Shown here: piece after piece, positions 30,902 to 41,587 of the stretch
How the letters are laid out: every line of letters begins with the position of its first letter
Numbering within the stretch: the first letter of the stretch is position 1
Origin: a virus
IMG/VR virus record: IMGVR_UViG_3300043409_002481
Span: 1 to 64,000 of that record
Reading direction: 5' to 3' (one strand)
Length of the DNA: 64,000 nucleotides
Program-made: the position numbers and the translations under genes
Notes under the pieces: generated by a model
Told to the model about the DNA's origin: nothing
Seen by the model: only the letters and a program-made list of their open reading frames with translations
The model's database searches: none

Positions 30902-31861
30902 TTAATTTTTAAAGGTTTCCGCTAATCTTTCTGCGCGTTGCAATAAATTAATTTCGCGATCGCCGAACATCTGATAAATGGCATAAGTCACTATCGGATA
31001 ATGAGAGCAAATGTCACAGAAGGCGATCGCCTTGTCACGGTTAAAAGTTCGGGAATGTGGAAGCATAAACCCACTTAAGTGAACTACAGCAAAATGGTTA
31101 GTCCATTGGAGTTTTACAACTTTCAATCCTTCATTTTGATGAAGGACTGGGTAATGCTTTAACTCGCTATTGACAATGACAAACACATCCTGTTTTGCGA
31201 GGCTGGTACAATCGTTTGCAATTAGCCAGTCGCCAATCCAACTTGCGGTTAGCAAATCTTGCTCTGGCGTGTCTATATCTGGCTCCCACCAGCTAGAGCC
31301 GTAGCAGCCAGAATAAAGCGACAATAGCCAATTTACGGCTTGAGTAATCTCTCCCTGATTATCAAGATCATCGTCAAAAACAGGGGCAAAATAAGGATTG
31401 GCATGGATAACGCGATCGCCTACAAACCAAGTAGCATTTATTCTCTCAACACCAAAAATCGACCCGCTAAATTGGTGATGGTATTTGTGATTCTCTAGCG
31501 ATGCTTTTAAGGCGATCGCTGCTTCGCGCCCAATCAGATTAAGCAATGAAAAGAAGGGGTATTTATTCTCTTCCCAATTACTGCGATAAGTACCACTACC
31601 ATTGAGTTCACCGTTATCATCGTAGTAAAGATGTCTGCACAATGGTTCATCACTAGTATGGGTTTCACAAACGTTGCACCATTGGTAATGACTATCGCAA
31701 TCATCACAAATAACGCAGTTTTCAAAATCATAGCTACTGCTTTCGGCTTCAGTGAGTTCACCGCACTGAGAGCATTCTGATGTTAGAGGTATTAGATCAA
31801 AAGCTCTTTGATAAGCAGGACTTAGAGTTATTCTTTGAGAATCACGATTAAATTCAAACAT
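30902..31861 (-). CDS. Cys-rich hypothetical protein
   Basis: CSQC, CDDC, CNVC pairs; GAGG RBS favours ATG 31861 over 31936. Confidence 0.65.
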   Translation of the reverse strand: MFEFNRDSQRITLSPAYQRAFDLIPLTSECSQCGELTEAESSSYDFENCVICDDCDSHYQWCNVCETHTSDEPLCRHLYYDDNGELNGSGTYRSNWEENKYPFFSLLNLIGREAAIALKASLENHKYHHQFSGSIFGVERINATWFVGDRVIHANPYFAPVFDDDLDNQGEITQAVNWLLSLYSGCYGSSWWEPDIDTPEQDLLTASWIGDWLIANDCTSLAKQDVFVIVNSELKHYPVLHQNEGLKVVKLQWTNHFAVVHLSGFMLPHSRTFNRDKAIAFCDICSHYPIVTYAIYQMFGDREINLLQRAERLAETFKN

Positions 31862-32342
31862 TAGCGATCGCCTCAACAGTATCTTTAAAAAATGAAATAG
31901 CTTTGTCCATAGTTGCTTGCTCCGATGCCCTGACAAAAGACAGTTTGAGCGATGTAGGGGAACATGGCGCGATCGTTAGTTGGATCTTTTTGGCATGGCA
32001 TAGCAGTATTAGCAAGGTTAGAGATCCACCAAAATAGCCAGTTGTTAATTTACATGGGTAATTTAAATCAATGCGATTACCTTTACCTGTCCAGCCTTTA
32101 TAAGAAACAACATTTTCCCAGTGGTATAACCCCGCATGAGATACTTCTTCGCGAGTGCCGCCTTTAGGCATTTGGACGTTAGAGATTTCAAATCTTATAC
32201 ATCCAAACCTTTGCTCTACCTTAGTTTGATACTTGCGAATCGTTTTGATAAAACTCTTGTGATCAATATCAAGACGATCAGCAATCAAACGAGAATCTAC
32301 AACAAAAACTCTATCAACTTCTATTACAGTCAACTTACTCAT
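31854..32342 (-). pseudogene. Truncated or chimeric Rha-family gene
   Basis: First ~70 aa match 14942..15724 (VVDSRLIA, RFG..RFEI), then similarity stops. Confidence 0.55.
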
Positions 32343-32838
32343 TAGTTGCAACCTCACCAGCTTTCATAATTGCGTGGTACATTTCAGCAGCTTCCACAAT
32401 TCTATGGAATGTCATATAAATGTATTCTCCTTCGCGCCGCAATGCTTTTAGCTTGTCTAGGTCAGATGCTAAGACAAGCAAGCAAATCTTGCCATTTGGT
32501 TTTGTCTTTCTTACTCTTTTTACTGGTTTAACAAAAACTTTTTTGCCACTAACATTTAACGGTGGCTTAAACCAAGCGATTAAAGCTTTTTCAATTTCTG
32601 GCAACAAATCAGAGCAGCTAACCTCTAACCAAGCGATTGAAGAATCAGGTTGCAAATCTTTGTAATGGTGATGACACTCGGCACTCCACCGACTGCGGGG
32701 ATTTACAGCTCTCCCAATATACTGAATAGATCCGTTGGATATTGCAAAATATATACACGGAGCCGTAGGCAATTTCAAGCGATCTCTAAGTGGTACTGAT
32801 GGCAGTGTAGTTAAATCTAGTGATTCAGGATCGCTCAT
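32335..32838 (-). CDS. GIY-YIG nuclease-domain protein
   Basis: CIYF...YIGRAVNPRSRW...EKALIAWFKPPLN; GAGG RBS before ATG 32838. Confidence 0.85.
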   Translation of the reverse strand: MSDPESLDLTTLPSVPLRDRLKLPTAPCIYFAISNGSIQYIGRAVNPRSRWSAECHHHYKDLQPDSSIAWLEVSCSDLLPEIEKALIAWFKPPLNVSGKKVFVKPVKRVRKTKPNGKICLLVLASDLDKLKALRREGEYIYMTFHRIVEAAEMYHAIMKAGEVATNE

Positions 32839-33056
32839 GATAAAACCTCTAACAAATCTTCTGGCAAACATTCAAACACCTTGCAAAGCTTTGCAACACG
32901 TTCAATAGACTTTCTATTGTTCTTACCTTTCTCCCAATTCTGGAAACCAGCAACAGTCATTCCTAGCTCATCGGCTAGATCTTTTTGAGTCAAACCTTTT
33001 CTTTGCCTAAGCTCTGAAATTTTTGATAAAGCCATATACTCCTCTGTGTAATTCAA
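32835..33056 (-). CDS. XRE-family (CI/Cro-like) HTH regulator
   Basis: ISELRQRKGLTQKDLADELGMTVAGFQNWEKG. Confidence 0.9.
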   Translation of the reverse strand: MNYTEEYMALSKISELRQRKGLTQKDLADELGMTVAGFQNWEKGKNNRKSIERVAKLCKVFECLPEDLLEVLS

Positions 33057-33239
33057 TTATCAGTAAAGCATAAAAAACTTTATAAGTCAACAAAATATTT
33101 GACTAAAAAACTTATTGACTTATTCAAAATACTATGTAATACTTGAATTATTGAATCGCAAAACAAAAAGCGCGGTCGCCCCTTAACAGCAACCGCGCTT
33201 AGTACAAAATCTAATTCTCTCTTCTAACGGTATCTTATC
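33057..33239. promoter_or_regulatory. Divergent promoter region, candidate genetic switch
   Basis: AT-rich with TTGACT hexamers on both strands between the XRE gene and the rightward early operon. Confidence 0.6.
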
Positions 33240-33701
33240 ATGATCAGTCAAAAAGTTAAAAAGTTCGCAAATGATAACGGGTTTGACTTCTATGTTTCTA
33301 GATTGGGTTACAGCACTACAGCACAAATCACCAATCTCGACGGCTCTGTAAATATCACCCGTTGCAGTAATAACTCTAAATTGGCACTGCAAGCCATCAA
33401 CACTCTAATTGCACAACGCAAGCTTGATGCTAAATCCGATGATGCGATCGTCACTGAATCCGAGCAAGCCATCACCGATCTCTTGCCCCCTACCGTCACC
33501 ATCTGCGAAGTAGAAGCAGAGCAAGCTTATCAAGAGCTTTTACCAGTAGTTGATGAGTGGGAATTGAATCGCCAAGAACGTATCGCGGCACAAGGCACAC
33601 TTACCGCCGATGATTTTCAATCTACCTACTCACCACGCGATAACTACGGTGACAATGCATTTTCGATGAGCATGAGCTATGGTTGCGGAGCATTGATCTA
33701 A
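33240..33701 (+). CDS. Hypothetical early protein
   Basis: First ORF of rightward operon. Confidence 0.6.
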   Translation: MISQKVKKFANDNGFDFYVSRLGYSTTAQITNLDGSVNITRCSNNSKLALQAINTLIAQRKLDAKSDDAIVTESEQAITDLLPPTVTICEVEAEQAYQELLPVVDEWELNRQERIAAQGTLTADDFQSTYSPRDNYGDNAFSMSMSYGCGALI

Positions 33702-34143
33702 TGTACAAACCCCTTCAACAAACGCGCTACCAAGGCGCGATCGCCACAATAATCGATACTCTTGGTAACGTCGCAGGATACGATTCTTTGATTAACTGGA
33801 ACGGGATACACAAACCCGTCGCACACGATGAGCTTAAGGAGGTTTAGCAATGGCAGAGTTAGGCGAATTTTGGCGTGATGTCAAAGATGCTCGTAAAGAG
33901 TTCAAAGCACAGCACGGTATCCCCTGCCCTGAGTGCCAACGCTTGCTACCTAAAAGCATTCCCACAATCCTACTACCACAGCAACGATGCAAGGTGGATG
34001 GGTATAGAGATCCAAGGCAACGTATTAACGAGATTTAGCATGACCCCTTACGACTACTACCATCAACAAATGGTTTACTGGCTGTCTGTCGCGTTCCTAT
34101 CGCCTATTATTTTGGCGATCGCTATTAATATCAATCCACACAG

Positions 34144-34491
34144 GTGAACATCATGAGATTAGAAAAAGTTGGAGCCGAATATAAGCGTAAGTTCAATTTA
34201 GGTAACTACGAAGCAGCAGAGATCGGCGCTATCATTTGGGCTAGTTGCGATGAAGGCGATGACATTGGCGAAGTGTTCGACACTTTGTTTGAAGTAGCTA
34301 AAGAGACGGTTAAAATCAATGTACCGCCAAGCTACAAGAAGCACACCCCGGACTATACAGAATCATTTACCAAGTATGGTCAAAAGGTTGACAAATCTGA
34401 GCTTATTGCTTCTATCGCTAATGATTCTGAGTTGGTTGATAATGACAGACTTTTAGATGAATTAGCAGAGGTGGATAATGGAAAAGCTTGA
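34144..34491 (+). CDS. Conserved-looking phage hypothetical protein
   Basis: YKRKFNLGNYE motif. Confidence 0.6.
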   Translation: MNIMRLEKVGAEYKRKFNLGNYEAAEIGAIIWASCDEGDDIGEVFDTLFEVAKETVKINVPPSYKKHTPDYTESFTKYGQKVDKSELIASIANDSELVDNDRLLDELAEVDNGKA

Positions 34492-34744
34492 TTTACTTGA
34501 CGGTCAATACACCGTTATTTACGATCCCGAAACTGAACTAATCTCTGAGGTTTTGCGGCACGGAGAAAAGTGGAGAACTGTGCATGGCGACAATCTTATT
34601 CATGCTTTATTCTGGAAGGTGTTAGAGTTAAGCAAAAAATAACCACCACCGCCCCTACAGCGCTTTGTAGGTTTTGCACCGTAGCGAGTTGCGAGTAAAA
34701 AAGAGCTAAATTAAACGAAATAAAAGACGGAAACAAAAGACATT

Positions 34745-35785
34745 ATGGCTATTCAATTTTCACTAAAAACAATGCCCTTTGCTGCCAATCTTCTTACCCA
34801 AGATGAATGGACACAAGTTGGGTATGGAGAACTAGCAGCTACAGCCGAAATTACGGCTGGTGATTACTCTGAGATCTTCTATGCTATTCTTGCAATCCTT
34901 TGCGGTGCTAACAACAATAAGTACTCAATGGACGAGCTTTTTTCTGAGATTTTCTCAGTTCGCAGCTCCGCGACTGATACTGATCGCCGCTTGGTTGAAG
35001 ACATTTATGGCGGTCGTATCAAAAAGAAAGATGATGAGTTGCTTCTAATCTTTGGTAATCGTCAATTCCCGATCGTTCAGGATGGCGAAAATCTAATCTG
35101 TGGCAATATTACAGGTCGCCTCACTTCCACTCCTAAGAAGGATATAAACGATAAACAATACTATGTCTTGGAATGGTCGCCTAAAGCTTCTTACGAAGAT
35201 AAATCTTTTCGCTACATTATCCCTGTAGCGATCGCTAAGGTTGACGACAAGTTCCCATCAATGGACTTGGATCGACTTGATGACATTGCTGAGAAAAATA
35301 ATCTCATTAATTGGGTTGAAACCGTTGGAGCTGGTGGAAGTTTTTTCAAGGCTTACCAGCTTTTTGAAGGCACTGGCATCCAATCTTTTAAGGTTATAGA
35401 TGTATCTGTCACACCTTCTAATAAGGAAGGTTTTAAGGATAATGTGCTGTTTACTCTTGAAGATGGTCGTAAAGTCAATGCAAACAGCAACGCTCAAACC
35501 TATTTTATTGAACTGAGTGAAGCCGATCGCAAAGCCGCGATCCCTTGCATGTGGACTATCAACAAATACGAAGAGAAAAAGTGTTCTTCATCTGTTGAGT
35601 CTTTAGGTAGGAAGATTGGCTCTACTAAGATTCCTTCATTTGCTAATTTGATAGGCGGCTCTACTGCCGATTTCGAGAAATTGGAAGCAGCGCAAACTAG
35701 AGTAGCTGTAGCACCCGTTGCAGTGATTGAACCTAGTAAGAGCGCTAGTCCTAATGCTGTTGATTTGGATGACCTTCCCTTTTGA
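34745..35785 (+). CDS. Putative single-stranded DNA-binding protein
   Basis: Acidic C-terminal tip DLDDLPF; early/replication region. Confidence 0.5.
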   Translation: MAIQFSLKTMPFAANLLTQDEWTQVGYGELAATAEITAGDYSEIFYAILAILCGANNNKYSMDELFSEIFSVRSSATDTDRRLVEDIYGGRIKKKDDELLLIFGNRQFPIVQDGENLICGNITGRLTSTPKKDINDKQYYVLEWSPKASYEDKSFRYIIPVAIAKVDDKFPSMDLDRLDDIAEKNNLINWVETVGAGGSFFKAYQLFEGTGIQSFKVIDVSVTPSNKEGFKDNVLFTLEDGRKVNANSNAQTYFIELSEADRKAAIPCMWTINKYEEKKCSSSVESLGRKIGSTKIPSFANLIGGSTADFEKLEAAQTRVAVAPVAVIEPSKSASPNAVDLDDLPF

Positions 35786-37598
35786 TCGCCACTAAGAGGG
35801 CGGTATAACACCGCCCTTAAACAAACAACAACTAAAACCATGACCAAAGAAGAAGAATTGTGGAATAGATTCAAGGAAATTGAAATAGAGATTTCTCATT
35901 TGAAGTTTATTATTCAAAATCCTATTTCTGAGTATCCCCTACGACCTGACGACATTACCTCTTGGCAAAGCGAAGCCAAAGCCGCTATTGAACACTTAAA
36001 ATTTATCGTTACCAAAACAGATAAATTTGTTAACAGCTAACTCACACTCACAGGCGGCGCAATGCCGCCTTAACATTACAACATTATGACTAAAACCTAC
36101 GCAGAAAAAGCCATTGGCGAACTAATGCAAGGCGGCATTATCAAGATTGATGATCACGAATACATCTATCAAGATGGTCAATTCTCTACCAAAGCTATCA
36201 GAATTGAGAATGGTATCGAGTCTGAAGTATGGCTTGGCGGTATGTGCGCTGATATGAGTTTTGAGTACTTCTTACAGTACTGCGAAACTAAAACTTTTGA
36301 CGACATTGTTAAAGATTTTCCGATTAAAATTCCCGCAAAACTACGCTAAACATCATGTACCAATTTGAACAAATCATTGACCTGTACGAAGATGAATCCC
36401 ATAATCTTTCGGGATTTATTGCAAGCTATAAGAATCTCGGCACTGAAGCATTGGAAGATATTATCCTGAGCTTTCAAGCGCTTTACCAATCTGGTGATAC
36501 AGATTGCGAAACAAACGCTTTCATTCATCAGGATGATTGGCTTGCATTTAGTCACTGGCAACCAAGCGATCAGTCTGATTTTTTGGCTTACCTCGCTATT
36601 AAGATTGCGATTGCAAGGAGTTGATTATGTTTCTACTAACAGCGATCGGGTTTTGTCTACTCCTTCTTGGTATGTTCTTGCTCCTGTTTTGGCTTGGCTA
36701 CACTATTGGAAAAAGAAGATGATTGACAAGCAATTTAAACTCATCCGCACCATCCGCAAAACAGAAGACGTAACCAAGTACACCGCAAGACTTGATGTAC
36801 TACGCCTCATGATGGAACGCCATCAAAACAGCAATCCCGATTATGATTACGCGATCGTTGACGAACAAGACAACCCCGCCGAATTAGCCGATTTCCTTGA
36901 ATCGGAGCTAGCCCATCCTGTGGCTAAGGCGAAGCGGGTTAAGGAAGAGAAGAAAGAGCAGTACAAAGCTAATGTAGTTAAGAGGTTGAAGCAATGCTAG
37001 ACGTAATTAAAGTCGCCATCACCGCCGCACACATCGCGGCTGCAAAGTATCCCAGTAATTCGCCATTAGCTCTTGCCCTGCGAGAAATTGGCTATGCCGA
37101 TGCTCACGTTACACAGCGCTACGCATATATCGGTAACAAGGTTTATGCACTACCAGAGAATGCGATCGCATCAGAGCGTTGTTTTGATTACTTGGCTAAA
37201 GGCGGATCAACGCAAGGTGAGATTGCTGAGAATATTTTTGCTTATGAGTGCGAGTTGGTGGAGTTGGTGCAGTGACTTTAAACGAAGTTTTACAAATCAT
37301 CAAAAAAGCGATAGAAGATGGCACTATAACTATTTAGGAGCGATCGCATCATGAAATCATGGGAACAGAAATCACTCGCAATCATTAACCCAACTGTGCA
37401 TTTATTGCGGAGCGATTGCGAGAACGGGACTATTACAGAGAAAGACTTGCGAAGGATTTTATCTAAAAAATATCCTTTCGGGCAAAGGGTAAACCATCCT
37501 TACAAAATTTGGTGCAAGTGTGTAAATCTTGCGATTGAGGATGTGTTTGCAGCAAAGCAAGAATCGCTAGAACAGCTTCCATTATTTGAGGTTGCGTC

Positions 37599-38506
37599 AT
37601 GAGACGGCTCAAAATGATCAGCCTGTTCTCTGGCATAGGCGGATTTGAAGTAGCAGGGGAATGGGTCGGAATTGAAACACTTGAATCGGTTGAAATTAAC
37701 CCATTCTGCCAAAAAGTATTAAAGAAAAACTTTCCAAACACACCAATTTACAACGATGTCACCACATACAAGCCTCCGTCATACTGCGATCTCGTTGTTG
37801 GCGGATCGCCTTGTCAAGACCTTTCAATCGCAGGAGCGCAAAAAGGTATCATTGAAGGCAAACGATCAAGCCTATGGTTTGAGCAGCTACGAATCTACAA
37901 GGAAAGTGGAGCAACTTTCCTTATTTGGGAAAACGTCACAGGAGCTTTTCGCAACGGATTTAGAGAAGTTCTCAGGAGCCTTTCCGAAAGCGGGTACGAT
38001 GCGGAATGGCAAGTTATCAGCGCAGCCGCCCTTGGAGCGCCACACCTTAGAGAGCGAATTTTTCTCATTGCCTACCCCACAAGCTTACAGTTTTCAGCAG
38101 AGCCGCAGACCTGGGCAGACCAAATTGGATGTCAAGCTGCGATCGCTGCTTCCTACCCCTACAGTTTGCGGGAACCACAACCGCAAAGGAGCCAGCAAAA
38201 AAAGCGGAGACGGTCTAGTGACTGCATTGCAAAAGTTGCTCCCTACCCCAGATGCAAACGAAGGGAAGCGAGGAACTTGCTCAATAACAAGATTTCTCAA
38301 CACAAAAAAGCAAACTCATTTAGTGGATTATGTGAAACACAACCTGGGGCTACCTACTGGTCAAGTATTGAACCCCCAATTTGTGGAGTGGATGCAGGCT
38401 TCCCCATAGGGTGGACAGACTTGCAGCTTTAGGTAATGCGATCGTACCTCAGTGTGCGGTTGTTCCATTACTTAGAGTTAAATATCTAGCGTCATTGCTC
38501 CAATAA
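37599..38506 (+). CDS. C5 cytosine DNA methyltransferase, large polypeptide, frameshifted near 38396
   Basis: SLFSGIGG, GSPCQDLS, ENV, RERIF; motif X (RVDRLAALGNAIVPQ) lies in another frame ending TAA 38506. Confidence 0.85.
37756..38432 (+). CDS. Nested small (beta-type) methyltransferase polypeptide in the +1 frame, frameshifted near 38396
   Basis: Three LPTP repeats and LNPQFVEWMQ; continuation GFPIGWTD is one base out of frame. Confidence 0.75.
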
Positions 38507-38577
38507 AAATCAGCGATCGCCCCATGACAAGCGATCGCTGAATACCCGAAAACTGCATTTCTACCAAGTATTAAACC

Positions 38578-38796
38578 ATGAAACTATTACTAATCACTCT
38601 TGCATTGCTTTCTATATCCACCCCTGCGATCGCACAAGTTAACCGCACCGCTGGCGATCGCGTTTCTAATCTTGGCACTGTATCAGCCAAAAACAATCGC
38701 GAGGCTGCTAAATTGTGCCGCAAAAAGGGCGGTAACGTTGTGATTAAATCTGGTAAAACCTACACATGCACTTATGTGCAGAGGTTAGCAAGATGA
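38578..38796 (+). CDS. Small secreted protein
   Basis: Signal peptide MKLLLITLALLSISTPAIA; two Cys. Confidence 0.6.
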   Translation: MKLLLITLALLSISTPAIAQVNRTAGDRVSNLGTVSAKNNREAAKLCRKKGGNVVIKSGKTYTCTYVQRLAR

Positions 38797-39266
38797 TGGA
38801 TTATATTTTTACCCGTCGCGAAGTCTTAGCAGTCACTAAATCTACATCTAATCAGCTTCAGTATTTAGAGCGTAAAGTCTTAATCAACCCCGTTCGTGTA
38901 GAGAAAACTGGTAAACCTACAGTGCTTTACTCTTTGGGGCAAATGATGGCGATCACCCTGAATAAACGGCTTAAAAATATTGACAGTGATTGCGCTACTT
39001 CATTGGTTTATTTTCTAGGAAACTTTAATAAGCCTGTAGATTTTGATTATGCTGGTACATCGCTTTACTGCATAGGTGGTTATGTCAGTTTCGATATTAC
39101 GGATTTAGTGCCAGACATCAAAGCTGTAACCCCTTACACCAAAAACCCAAGTCAGCACATACTCGCTATGGTTCCAGACTTAGGCGAAATCCTAGCAGAA
39201 ATTATCGTCAATGCTAAAAGTTCTGATGTGATTGATTTCGATTCATTTAGAGGTCGTATAAGATGA
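38793..39266 (+). CDS. MerR-like HTH protein
   Basis: FTRREVLAVTKSTSNQLQYLERKVLINP...VLYS. Confidence 0.65.
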   Translation: MMDYIFTRREVLAVTKSTSNQLQYLERKVLINPVRVEKTGKPTVLYSLGQMMAITLNKRLKNIDSDCATSLVYFLGNFNKPVDFDYAGTSLYCIGGYVSFDITDLVPDIKAVTPYTKNPSQHILAMVPDLGEILAEIIVNAKSSDVIDFDSFRGRIR

Positions 39267-39505
39267 CAGACCTAACCCGCCTCTATGCCCTAACCGACGA
39301 AATGAAATACGCCGCCCAAAACAAAGGCTTGGACGAGAAAGCGTTACGGGCGCAACTGATGCAACTACGCAGCAAAATCAACCGCGAATTGGCTGCGATC
39401 GTTGCGGCTAATGCGCGGATTGAGTAAAATAAACTAACTTCACATTCCCCAAGCCGTTGCACCCGTGACGGCTTTTTTTGTGGATAAAATAGTTTGGTTT
39501 TACTA

Positions 39506-39553
39506 TTGACAAAACCTATAGACTCGATCAATAATAGATCATTGAGTTAAACA
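39506..39553 (+). promoter_or_regulatory. Promoter/leader, sister of 16525-16570
   Basis: TTGACA-18 nt-AATAAT plus 30-bp identity. Confidence 0.75.
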
Positions 39554-39558
39554 AGGCG

Positions 39559-39876
39559 ATGACTAATCTGACAAAAGAGAATTACACGGTTGAGTTAAAA
39601 GAACATGTTACTGGGCTGGGAGTTGATAGCCGTAATCGTGAGATCGGTGTTTTAATTGAAAAATTTATATCTATTTTTACTCCCACAGATACTAGCTATG
39701 GGTGGACGAAAAAGGCTGGTACTTACTATGGTTTTAAACCACACTCCACACGCAATAGTCAAACTTATGGGGCTTCCCAAGAGCGTCGCTATTTTAATAC
39801 TCCAGAAGAGAGAGACAAAGCGGTAGCTAAGTATATGAATACTAAATGCAAACGGGAGAAAGCACCTAATGCCTAG
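39559..39876 (+). CDS. Hypothetical accessory protein
   Basis: First gene after promoter. Confidence 0.65.
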   Translation: MTNLTKENYTVELKEHVTGLGVDSRNREIGVLIEKFISIFTPTDTSYGWTKKAGTYYGFKPHSTRNSQTYGASQERRYFNTPEERDKAVAKYMNTKCKREKAPNA

Positions 39877-40174
39877 AGGCGGCGCTCACGGAGGCGGTAG
39901 ACCCAAAATACCGCCCGAAATAAAGGCTAAAACAGTAACCTACTATATAAGCCCTATCCTGATTGATGCGATCGCCGCATCAGGTGAAAATAAATCTCAT
40001 CTAGTCGAAAAAGCTTTGCTCAAGCATTTTGGCATTACTCCTTTGCAATGGGAGATATACACAGTTTGGATTGAATGCGATCGCAGGGTCATCGCAGCAG
40101 CCGAAAAGTTAGGGCGCGATCCTGAGAACGTAAGGCAAGTTGTTGCAAAGGTTGAACGGAAATTAAAAACATAG
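39869..40174 (+). CDS. DNA-binding protein (AT-hook-like, RHH and HTH)
   Basis: GGGRPK, TVTYYIS..NKSHLVEKAL, AAEKLGRDPENVRQ. Confidence 0.65.
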   Translation: MPRGGAHGGGRPKIPPEIKAKTVTYYISPILIDAIAASGENKSHLVEKALLKHFGITPLQWEIYTVWIECDRRVIAAAEKLGRDPENVRQVVAKVERKLKT

Positions 40175-40709
40175 TTTTGAGAGCTGCTATCTAAGCAGCT
40201 TTTTTGTGCTGATTATCCGCAGCCAATTGCTGATTATCAACACCACACATAGAGAATTATCTATGCTTTGCGGGGTTGGGATTATGGATTTGATGCATAT
40301 AGTTTTGCTTATGATAATCGTCAAAATCATTTGGAAGTAATGCTTTACAATTATAGGAATAAGGTATATATTTATATAGTAAGCAAGTAAAACAAAGAGC
40401 TAACTACCATGACTAGTCAAATTAAAGAAATTTTTTCCTATGACGATCTCATTGATGCGATTGAATATTTAGGCGAAACAGGTCGAGTATTTCCCTTTGC
40501 CTCTGGTGGTTCAATTCAATTTCAACGCCATGAAAACAGCGATCGCTTATATGCGGGTCAAGCTGCCGATAATTTTGAATTGAATGATGCTGATATGGAG
40601 CAATTGCATATTGATTTAGTTTCAATTAACCAATAATTCTAACTGATGTTTTTAGCGATCGTCATCGCAGCGATCGCTAAGTAAATTTATTTAACTAAGG
40701 AGTAAAAAC

Positions 40710-40889
40710 ATGGCAAAGAAAAAGTATGAGGATCGGGTTTTGGTGACTGCATGGGTTGACGAAGACTTGCGGACTCAGGCAAACATCGCAGGGCAACTGC
40801 TCAAGAAGTCTGTAACTGACATGGTGATCGAAGCATTAGAAGCGGCGATCGCTGAAGCAAAAGCTAAGTCTGATGAGGTGGCGGCGTGA
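40710..40889 (+). CDS. Small RHH-type protein (59 aa, not in ORF track)
   Basis: AAGGAG RBS; MAKKKYEDRVLVTAWVDEDLR...SVTDMVIEAL. Confidence 0.7.
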   Translation: MAKKKYEDRVLVTAWVDEDLRTQANIAGQLLKKSVTDMVIEALEAAIAEAKAKSDEVAA

Positions 40890-41416
40890 CTAGTTGTCTT
40901 AAATGCAAGTACTTACAAACCAGAGACGAAATAGATTTGCTGTATCGCATCGGTAAAACCACTTTGTCATGCAGTAATGGTGATGCTGTTTTCGCAGGAT
41001 ACAAGGAATGGGAACGGCTAGATCCCAAGCTCGTGAAAGATTATCCTAAAACTTGTAGACAGTTTGAAAAGACAATTGCGAATAAGGAGCATATAGCATG
41101 AGATTTTTTACACACGAAATCAATTCACGCAACGATGGCATGAAATCGATCAAAAGATTGATACCATCTTGGAGCAAAAACAAGAGCGTATTGAGCTAAT
41201 CCTAGAGGGCAAACGTAAGACTTTACGCGGTATTGGTTCACCCGCAGACATCGCTCAAGAGCTTTGTGAAGATATTCTTGCTAAAGGCAAGAAAAAATAA
41301 AGCTTACCTACTTTGCATAGAGTTCTATTTATGCAAAGTAGGTAAATGATTATTAAATTAATCGGACTATTTAGAACTATAGAACTATACTTAGAGAGTA
41401 GAAATCAATCAAAACT

Positions 41417-41587
41417 ATGGAAACTCAAACCCAAGAATCAACTATTGAGTGGTATCAAGCCAAGGCGCGACTTCCTAAAAAGTTGCATCAACCAAGCAAG
41501 ATCGCGCTAGCCAAGCTAAATAAATCCTTGGCAGAAGTTTTTGAAGAAGCCCTTGAACGTGTTATTGCTGAAGCAGGGGTACAGTAA
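41417..41587 (+). CDS. Small RHH-type protein before the initiator (56 aa, not in ORF track)
   Basis: YQAKARLPKKLH...SLAEVFEEAL; stop abuts ATG 41588. Confidence 0.65.
   Translation: METQTQESTIEWYQAKARLPKKLHQPSKIALAKLNKSLAEVFEEALERVIAEAGVQ

Noticed and set aside
32335-32838. GIY-YIG as an intron-encoded homing endonuclease
   Set aside because: Free-standing gene coupled to the XRE gene; no interrupted host gene or intron core seen
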